NCBI GenBank assembly: GCA_044221045.1
Contig: JBGAPX010000003.1
Coordinates: 1 to 64,000 of the forward strand
DNA from: Gemmatimonadales bacterium
Lineage (GTDB): Bacteria; Gemmatimonadota; Gemmatimonadetes; Gemmatimonadales; GWC2-71-9
DNA length: 64,000 nt
Direction of reading: 5' to 3'
The notes beneath the pieces are model-generated. The model searched no databases. It had not been told where the DNA came from and saw only the letters and a list, made by a program, of their open reading frames with translations. A program made the position numbers and the translations under genes. Each line of letters begins with the position of its first letter. Within the stretch, counting starts at the first letter, position 1. This document shows, in pieces, positions 55,038 to 64,000 of this stretch.

Positions 55038-56405
55038 ATGCCGCTCCTGTTCCGCCGTGCACCGTTCCGCCTGGCCCTTGGCGCCCTGCTGGCCGCCGCG
55101 CCCCTGGCGGCCCAGCAGCCGCTCACCTTGGGCGAGGCCCTCGCCCGCGCCGACACGGCCGGCTACGCCAACCGGATCGCCGCCGGGGCCACCCAGGCCC
55201 GCGCCGGGGACGCGCTGGCGCCCTATCGCGGCATCCTGCCGTCGGTCCGCCTGGAGGCTGCGTACCTCCGCACCACCGACCCGCTCAACAGCTTCGGCTT
55301 CCTGCTCCGGCAGCGGGCGGTCACCCCGGCCGCGTTCAACCCGGCCACGCTCAATGATCCCGCCGCGATCGGCAACCTGATGACCGGGGTCGTGGTGGAA
55401 CAGCCGCTGCTCAACGCCGACGCGTGGCTGGGACGGACGGCGGCGCGGGCGGCCCGCGACGCGACGGCCGCCGCCGAGGCGTGGACCCGGGGCGGCACGG
55501 CGGTGCAGGTGGTGCAGGCGTACTTCGGGGCGGTCCTGGCCGCGGAGCAGGTGACGACGCTGCGCGCGGCGAGTGCCGCCGGCGCGGCGCACGTGCGGCA
55601 GGCGGAGGCGATGGTGCGGCAGGGCATGGCCACCCGCTCCGACGCACTGCTGGCCGCGGTGAAGGCCGGCGAGGTCGACGCCCAGCTGCTCGAGGCCGAG
55701 AGCCGGGCGCGGCTGGCGCGGCGGGGCCTCGCCACGCTCCTCGGCCAGCCGGGCGACACCGGGTGGACGCTGCCAGACTCGTTGCCGCCGGCGGACGCGG
55801 TGCGGGCGGTGGCCGCCGTGGCGGCGGAGGGGCAGGGCGGCGCGGCCGCCCGGGCTGACGTACGGGCCGCGGAGCGGGGTCGCGCCGCCGCGGAGGCCGA
55901 CGCCCGCCGGGCGGCGGCTCTCTACCTGCCGCGCCTCAACGGGTTCGGCCGGCTGGACTGGAACTCCGCGGACGCCCCCTTCAACGGCAAGAGCGCCTGG
56001 ACGCTGGGCGTGATGCTCTCCTGGTCGCCGTTCGCGGGGGCGCAGGAGCTGGCGGAGCGGCGCAGCGCGGCGGGCCGCCGGGCAGGGGCGCGGGCGATGG
56101 CCGAGGCGGCGACGGCGCAGGCGGACCTCGAGATCGCGACGGCCCGCGATCGTCAGGCAGTGACGCTGGCGCGGCTGGCGATCGCGGAGCGGTCGGTGGC
56201 GCAGACGGCGGAGGCGCACCGGATCGTAGGACGGAAGTACGACGGCGGGCTGGCCACGGTGAGCGAGCTCCTGGACGCGGCCACCATGGAGACCGCCACC
56301 CGCCTGGGGCTGTCGGCGGCGCGCTACGACCTGATCGTGGCGGCGGCTGAAGCGCGGCAGGCCCAGGGACTCGACCTCGGCGCGCTCGTCGCGCTCGATC
56401 GCTGA
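55038..56405 (+). CDS. Outer-membrane efflux protein (TolC/OprM family).
   Basis: Signal peptide, then two OEP repeats and the conserved C-terminus (LDAATMETATRLGLSAARYDLIVAAAEARQAQG). Confidence 0.8.
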   Translation: MPLLFRRAPFRLALGALLAAAPLAAQQPLTLGEALARADTAGYANRIAAGATQARAGDALAPYRGILPSVRLEAAYLRTTDPLNSFGFLLRQRAVTPAAFNPATLNDPAAIGNLMTGVVVEQPLLNADAWLGRTAARAARDATAAAEAWTRGGTAVQVVQAYFGAVLAAEQVTTLRAASAAGAAHVRQAEAMVRQGMATRSDALLAAVKAGEVDAQLLEAESRARLARRGLATLLGQPGDTGWTLPDSLPPADAVRAVAAVAAEGQGGAAARADVRAAERGRAAAEADARRAAALYLPRLNGFGRLDWNSADAPFNGKSAWTLGVMLSWSPFAGAQELAERRSAAGRRAGARAMAEAATAQADLEIATARDRQAVTLARLAIAERSVAQTAEAHRIVGRKYDGGLATVSELLDAATMETATRLGLSAARYDLIVAAAEARQAQGLDLGALVALDR

Positions 56406-56441
56406 CACTTTGAGCCGGGCCGCTGGCCCGGGAGCATACGC

Positions 56442-57464
56442 ATGCGGACGCAGAACTGGCTGGTTCCGATGATGGTGGTGATGGCGCAGGCCTGCGGCGG
56501 GTCCGGCGAGGCCGAACCGGCCGTGAGCCCGGGGGGGACCGTGGCGGGCGCCACGCTCACCGTCCGGGACACCACGATCACCGCCGGGTTCGACGCCACC
56601 GGGGTGGCGGAGCCGGTGGAGCGCGCCACCCTGAGCACGAAACTCATGGGCAGCGTCACCGCGGTCCTGGTGCAGGAGGGCGACCAAGTGCGCCGGGGCC
56701 AGGTCCTGGTCCGGATCGACGCGCGCGACGTCGAGGCGAAGCGCGCTCAGGTGGAGGCGGGCATCGCCGCGGCCGAAGCCATGTACGCCGACGCGGAGAC
56801 CCAGGCCGGCCGCTTCCGCGCGCTGTACGCCGACAGCGCGGCCACCCGCTACCAGCTGGACCAGGTGGAGACGGGGCTCGCCCGGGCCGAGGCCGGGCTG
56901 CGGACGGCGCGGGCGGCCCGCAGCGAACTCGACGCGGTGGGTTCCTACGCCGCGGTGGTGGCGCCGTTCGGCGGCGTGGTCACCATGCGGCACGTGGACC
57001 CGGGCGCGTTCGCCGCGCCGGGGGCGCCGCTCGTGGAGGTGCAGGACGCGAGCCGCCTGCGGGTGAGTGTCAGCGTGCCGGCGCGGGTCGCGCGGGGCCT
57101 GCGGGCGGGGCAGGCGCTCGAGGCCATGATCGAGGGCCGGCCCGCCTCCGCGGTGCTCGAGGGACTGGTGCCGGCGCCCGCGGGCGGGGTCTACACCGTG
57201 AACGCGCTGGTGCGGAACCCCGACGGCGCGTTCCTCCCCGGAGGCGCCGCGACGCTGCGGGTGCCGGACGGGACCCGCACGGCGATCCTCGTGCCGGCGC
57301 GCGCGCTGGTGCGCGAGGGCGACCTCGTCGGGGTGCGGGTGATGTCGGGCGGCACTCCCATGCTGCGCTGGGTGCGCCCCGGCGGCGAGACCCCGGCGGC
57401 GGGCCTGGTCGAGGTGCTCTCGGGGCTCACCGCGGGTGACGTGATCCTGGCCGGGAGTAACTGA
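56442..57464 (+). CDS. RND efflux membrane fusion (periplasmic adaptor) protein.
   Basis: Lipoyl/barrel motif GSVTAVLVQEGDQVRRGQVLVRID, a coiled-coil hairpin, and beta-barrel segments. Confidence 0.85.
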   Translation: MRTQNWLVPMMVVMAQACGGSGEAEPAVSPGGTVAGATLTVRDTTITAGFDATGVAEPVERATLSTKLMGSVTAVLVQEGDQVRRGQVLVRIDARDVEAKRAQVEAGIAAAEAMYADAETQAGRFRALYADSAATRYQLDQVETGLARAEAGLRTARAARSELDAVGSYAAVVAPFGGVVTMRHVDPGAFAAPGAPLVEVQDASRLRVSVSVPARVARGLRAGQALEAMIEGRPASAVLEGLVPAPAGGVYTVNALVRNPDGAFLPGGAATLRVPDGTRTAILVPARALVREGDLVGVRVMSGGTPMLRWVRPGGETPAAGLVEVLSGLTAGDVILAGSN

Positions 57465-57465
57465 C

Positions 57466-60636
<3,171 letters not shown>

Positions 60637-60643
60637 GGGAAGA

Positions 60644-60660
60644 GGGAAACGGGAAGCGGG
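60644..60660. repeat. GGGAAACGGGAAGCGGG repeat, the left arm flanking the DUF2892 gene.
   Basis: Partner ccgcttcccgcttcccttttccccgtttcccgg at 60991-61023 (inverted). Same family as 4991-5097. Confidence 0.55.
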
Positions 60661-60726
60661 CAGAGGGGAATGGGGAACGGAACACGGGGCAGGGTCGTGC
60701 CCGTCACGGAATACAAGGAGGCACCG

Positions 60727-60939
60727 GTGTGCAATGAAATGGTCATCCGGCGGATCGCCGGCACGTTCATCCTGCTGTCGCTGGCGCTGGCGCACTGGGT
60801 GAATCCCTACTGGCTGCTGTTCACGGCGTTCGTGGGCTTCAACCTGATCCAGTCGAGCCTCACCGGGTTCTGCCCGCTGGAGCGGATCCTGGGGCGGTTC
60901 GGGCTGTTCGGTTGCAGCCCCCACACGCCGACGCGCTGA
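60727..60939 (+). CDS. DUF2892 (YgaP-like) small membrane protein.
   Basis: IRRIAGTFILLSLALAHWVNPYWLLFTAFVGFNLIQSSLTGFCPLERIL is the DUF2892 signature with GFCP. RBS AAGGAGG 7 nt before a GTG at 60727; an alternative ATG is at 60739. Confidence 0.6.
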   Translation: MCNEMVIRRIAGTFILLSLALAHWVNPYWLLFTAFVGFNLIQSSLTGFCPLERILGRFGLFGCSPHTPTR

Positions 60940-60990
60940 GGGAGAAGCGCGAACAGGGGAAGGGCGAAGGGGGAGTCTGGAGGTAGCCGA

Positions 60991-61023
60991 CCGCTTCCCG
61001 CTTCCCTTTTCCCCGTTTCCCGG
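60991..61023. repeat. CCGCTTCCCGCTTCCC...CCGTTTCCCGG inverted partner of 60644-60660.
   Basis: Read directly. Together the pair bracket a 330-bp segment carrying only the DUF2892 gene. Confidence 0.55.
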
Positions 61024-61147
61024 CTCATGCCCGGTGCTCCACCGGCCAGGAAGTGTGATGCAGGTCACGACTTAACACGGGTGGTGGGACGGCGTCTCCG
61101 GGGCAGATGGTTGGCCGCGATCCCCGATGACCCTGAAGGAGTGTCCC

Positions 61148-62062
61148 ATGACTGGAACCCGTTTCCCGCGGCGGCTCGCCCTGGCGGCGACGCTCACCCT
61201 GCTCCTCGGCGCGTGCGCCGACGGCAGCGCTCCCTCCGGCAGCAGTGGCAACATCCTCACCCAGGTCCAGGCCAACGACATCAGCGCCGACGTGACGTCG
61301 GATCTCGACGAGCTGGCCGAGCTGTCCACCTATGACGCGGCGAACGGCGTGCCGCTGTCGGCCCCGGCCCCGGCCGCGATCCTGGGGGCGCCGCCGGCGC
61401 CATGCGTGACCATTGCGCCGAACCCGCCGGTCAACAGCGACGGCGACGCGGTGCCCGACTCGGTGCGCTTCGGCTATGACGCCTGCGTCTTCACGCGCGG
61501 GGCGGGTGTGGTGACCGATTCGCTCGGCGGCACGATCGACTTCATCGATCCGCTGCCGAACACGACCAGCCTCGGCGTCCGCCACGTCTTCACCAACTTC
61601 ACCCGCGCCCGGATCAACACCGCCGTCCCGCTGCGCAGCTTCATGGCGGTGCACAACGGCACCCGCGAGTGGGGCGGCAACGCCGACACCCTGGGGCACA
61701 CCATCACCGGCTTCACCTCGGTGTGGACCCATCCGAGCGGCCGGACCACGACCCACACCAAGGACTGGGTGGCGACCTTCACCGCCACCACCCCGGGCAC
61801 GATCTCGCTGCTCACCCCGCTCCCGGCCGGCAGCTTCGTGGTCGGCGGGACCGGCAGCTGGGCCACCGCCAACCGCAGCTGGAGCGTGAGCACCAGCACC
61901 GTGACGCCGCTGGCGTACGATCCCAGCTGCACGGTGGCGCCGCGGTTCACCGCGGGCGAGCTCGACCTGGTGGTGACCCGCGGCGGCGAGACGACCTACG
62001 TGAACATCCTCTTCACCCAGTGCGGGCAGTACCTGGTGACGCGCACGACGGGGGCGGTGTAG
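61148..62062 (+). CDS. Hypothetical lipoprotein.
   Basis: Lipobox LLLGACADG. Thr/Ser-rich beta-type sequence. No family recognised. Confidence 0.45.
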   Translation: MTGTRFPRRLALAATLTLLLGACADGSAPSGSSGNILTQVQANDISADVTSDLDELAELSTYDAANGVPLSAPAPAAILGAPPAPCVTIAPNPPVNSDGDAVPDSVRFGYDACVFTRGAGVVTDSLGGTIDFIDPLPNTTSLGVRHVFTNFTRARINTAVPLRSFMAVHNGTREWGGNADTLGHTITGFTSVWTHPSGRTTTHTKDWVATFTATTPGTISLLTPLPAGSFVVGGTGSWATANRSWSVSTSTVTPLAYDPSCTVAPRFTAGELDLVVTRGGETTYVNILFTQCGQYLVTRTTGAV

Positions 62063-62275
62063 GCGGTTCGGCGGCGACCGAGCGCCCGTCAGGCGCCGCG
62101 CCGCGGCGACCCGGGCGCGAGGGAGTGGGCGGCAGGGCAGCAGGACGGTAGCGAGGGGGCGGGGCGGGGCAGGTTCCCGCGCCGCCCCCTCGTACGTTGC
62201 GACCCTACCGGATCGGGAAGGGGGGCCCTAAGCTCGGTGCGAGCGCAGGCGACCATCGGTCCGGGGAGGTGCGTG

Positions 62276-62905
62276 GTGCAGATCGCGATCATCGGTGCGG
62301 GCAGCGTGGGCGGAACCCTGGCGATCGGCTGGTCGGGGTGCGGCCACCAGGTGCGGCTCGGGGTCCGGAACCCCGCCGACCCGAAGGTGCAGGCGCTGCT
62401 CGGCAAGTTCGCCGCCCCCGGGGTGGCATTGCCGCCGGCGGAAGCAGTGGCGGATGCGCCGGTCGTGGTGCTGGCCACGCCATGGGACGCGACGCTCGAG
62501 GTGGTGCGCGGGCTGCCGCTCGCGGGGAAGGTGGTCATCGACACCACCAACCCGCTGCTGCCCAACCTGGCGGGGCTCGCGGTGGCGGGCGGGACGTCGG
62601 GGGCGGAGGAGATCGCCCGCGCGGCACCGGGGGCCCGGGTGGTCAAGTGCTTCAACACGACCGGCGCCAACAACTTCCTGGCCCCCGACTACCCGGAGGG
62701 CGCGGTGACGATGCTCTACGCCGGGGACGACCCGGAGGCCAAGGGCACCGTGGCGGAGCTGGGCCGAGAGCTGGGCTTCGCGATGCTCGATGCCGGGCCA
62801 CTGGCGCGGGCGCGCCTGCTCGAGCCCTTCGCGATGCTGTGGATCACGCTGGCATACCCGCAGGGGCAGGGCCGCGAGATCGCGTGGCGGCTGATGCGGC
62901 GCTAG
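62276..62905 (+). CDS. NADP-binding Rossmann-fold oxidoreductase (NADPH-dependent F420 reductase / ProC-like).
   Basis: VQIAIIGAGSVGGTLAIGWSGCGHQVRLGVRNP is a GxGxxG Rossmann motif. GTG start with GGGGAGG 6 nt upstream. Confidence 0.65.
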   Translation: MQIAIIGAGSVGGTLAIGWSGCGHQVRLGVRNPADPKVQALLGKFAAPGVALPPAEAVADAPVVVLATPWDATLEVVRGLPLAGKVVIDTTNPLLPNLAGLAVAGGTSGAEEIARAAPGARVVKCFNTTGANNFLAPDYPEGAVTMLYAGDDPEAKGTVAELGRELGFAMLDAGPLARARLLEPFAMLWITLAYPQGQGREIAWRLMRR

Positions 62906-62906
62906 A

Positions 62907-62997
62907 CGGTAAAGGCGGTAAGGGCGGTAAAGGCGGTAAAGGCGGTAGAGGCGGTAGGGGCGGTACGGATGGTGGCCTGGTGCCCCGCCGTACCGCC
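62907..62997. terminator. 9-bp tandem repeat (GGCGGTARR)n about 7 copies, followed by a hairpin, directly after the oxidoreductase stop.
   Basis: acggtaaaggcggtaagggcggtaaaggcggtaaaggcggtagaggcggtaggggcggtacgg...ccgtaccgcc. Same family as 12331-12399. Confidence 0.55.
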
Positions 62998-63066
62998 CTC
63001 CTGCGTTCCCGCCTATATTCCCGCCCGTCCAAGGCAGTCCCCAGACCCCCTGATTTCGGAGTTTCC

Positions 63067-63762
63067 ATGAAGATCCTGGCCCTTGCCGCCATCGGATCGC
63101 TTGCGTTCGGCGCGTGCCAGGGAGGCGGCGCGGTCGGCGGTGGCAGCCTTGCCACCCAGGACGACAGCGTCAGCTACATCCTCGGCTACAAGATGGGCGA
63201 GAACCTGAAGCAGCAGTCCGTGCCGGTGAAGCCGGAGCTCATCTTCCGGGGGCTCAAGGAGGGGATGGCGGGGACGCTGGCCTCGATCCCGGATTCCGCG
63301 ATGCAGGCCACCATGATGGCCTTCCAGGTGCGCATGATGGGGATCCAGCACCAGAAGGACTCGGTGGCCGCGATCAGCAACCGGACCGACGGCGAGAAGT
63401 TCCTGGCCGACAACAAGGGCAAGGACGGCGTGAAGACCACGCCGAGCGGGCTGCAGTACAAGGTGCTCAAGGAAGGCACCGGCCCGCGGCCCAAGGCCAC
63501 CAGCACGGTGACCGTGAACTACAAGGGCACCCTGATCGACGGCACCAAGTTCGACGCCTCCGAGGACCATGGCGGCCCGGCGTCGCTGCTGCTCAACCAG
63601 ATGATCCCGGGCTGGACCGAGGGGCTGCAGCTGATGAACGTGGGCTCCAAGTACGAGTTCTGGATCCCGGCCGAGCTCGGGTGGGGACCGCAGGGTTCCC
63701 CCCCGACGATCCCGCCCAACGCGGTGGTGTACTTCGAGGTCGAGCTCCTCTCCTTCAAGTGA
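63067..63762 (+). CDS. FKBP-type peptidyl-prolyl cis-trans isomerase (FkpA/Mip-like), lipoprotein.
   Basis: Lipobox FGACQGG. N-terminal dimerisation helix. FKBP domain GLQYKVLKEGTGPRPKATSTVTVNYKGTLIDGTKFDAS...FEVELLSF. Confidence 0.85.
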   Translation: MKILALAAIGSLAFGACQGGGAVGGGSLATQDDSVSYILGYKMGENLKQQSVPVKPELIFRGLKEGMAGTLASIPDSAMQATMMAFQVRMMGIQHQKDSVAAISNRTDGEKFLADNKGKDGVKTTPSGLQYKVLKEGTGPRPKATSTVTVNYKGTLIDGTKFDASEDHGGPASLLLNQMIPGWTEGLQLMNVGSKYEFWIPAELGWGPQGSPPTIPPNAVVYFEVELLSFK

Positions 63763-63783
63763 GCCACGACCAGGCTCCGGGCC

Positions 63784-64000
63784 ATGGCTGAGGCCCTGCC
63801 GCAGGAACTGACCGACGCGCTCGCGGGGCGATACGCCCTCGAGCGCGTTGTCGGTCGCGGGGGCATGGCGGTGGTGTACCGGGCCCGCGACGTGCGCCAC
63901 AACCGCCCGGTCGCGGTGAAGGTCCTGCACGACGAGCTGTCCGCCACCCTCGGCGCCGAGCGCTTCCAGCGCGAGATCCAGATCGCGGCGCGGTTGCAGC
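63784..64000 (+). CDS. Serine/threonine protein kinase, N-terminal fragment that continues beyond the window.
   Basis: YALERVVGRGGMAVVYRARDVRHNRPVAVKVL has the Gly-rich loop GxGxxG and the VAVK lysine. Not in the ORF track because no stop falls in the window. Confidence 0.7.
   Translation, partial: MAEALPQELTDALAGRYALERVVGRGGMAVVYRARDVRHNRPVAVKVLHDELSATLGAERFQREIQIAARLQ

Overview
This 64-kb window is very GC-rich (about 70%) bacterial chromosomal DNA. Six-frame translation therefore gives long spurious antisense ORFs almost everywhere, and I selected genes by recognisable protein-family motifs, signal peptides, start-codon context and overlap geometry.

**Housekeeping and general content**
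- Left flank, all on the minus strand: mutS (N-terminal part, running out of the window), a SPOR-domain protein, holA, an anti-sigma factor / ECF sigma factor / NUDIX operon, and two M16 peptidases.
- Then two tandem orphan sensor histidine kinases, a DUF218 protein, a beta-CASP MBL-fold RNase, a polysaccharide deacetylase, upp, tRNA-Phe(GAA), a flotillin-like protein and a CPBP protease.
- Right flank: a sigma-54 activator (AAA+ domain), a NifS-like cysteine desulfurase, a SET-domain protein, an SGNH hydrolase, a deca-haem cytochrome c with a membrane partner, an ArsR-controlled RND efflux operon, an FKBP isomerase and the start of a Ser/Thr kinase.

**Main finding: a RiPP biosynthetic gene cluster at about 22.2-45.4 kb, essentially all on the plus strand.** It encodes:
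- Three precursor peptides with three different double-glycine leader types: a Nif11-like leader, a nitrile-hydratase-leader-peptide (NHLP) leader, and a short bacteriocin-like leader. None of the three core peptides contains cysteine.
- A YcaO protein translationally coupled to an unusually long TfuA-like protein, a pair associated with thioamide formation.
- A class II lanthipeptide-synthetase-like (LanM-like) protein and a medium-chain dehydrogenase/reductase that resembles LanJ-type dehydroalanine reductases.
- Two glycosyltransferases, one of them fused to a sulfotransferase on the minus strand.
- The canonical NHLP-type export machinery: an HlyD-like secretion protein, a C39-peptidase ABC transporter, a cNMP-domain ABC transporter and a TolC-like outer-membrane protein.
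- Candidate sigma-54 (-24/-12) promoters upstream of two precursor genes, matched by the sigma-54 activator at the cluster end.
- A possible sulfur-relay module on the flanks: MoaD/CysO plus MoeZ with a rhodanese domain, and the NifS-like desulfurase.

**Repeat families** (three small families):
- An 8-bp tandem repeat (TCGGCGGC)n at five sites. It lies in-frame inside mutS, holA and the SPOR gene.
- A 9-bp (GGCGGTAAR)n tandem array followed by a hairpin at two gene ends.
- GGGAARCGGGAAGCGG inverted repeats at two sites, one pair flanking a small DUF2892 gene.

No CRISPR array, rRNA gene or recognisable transposase was seen.
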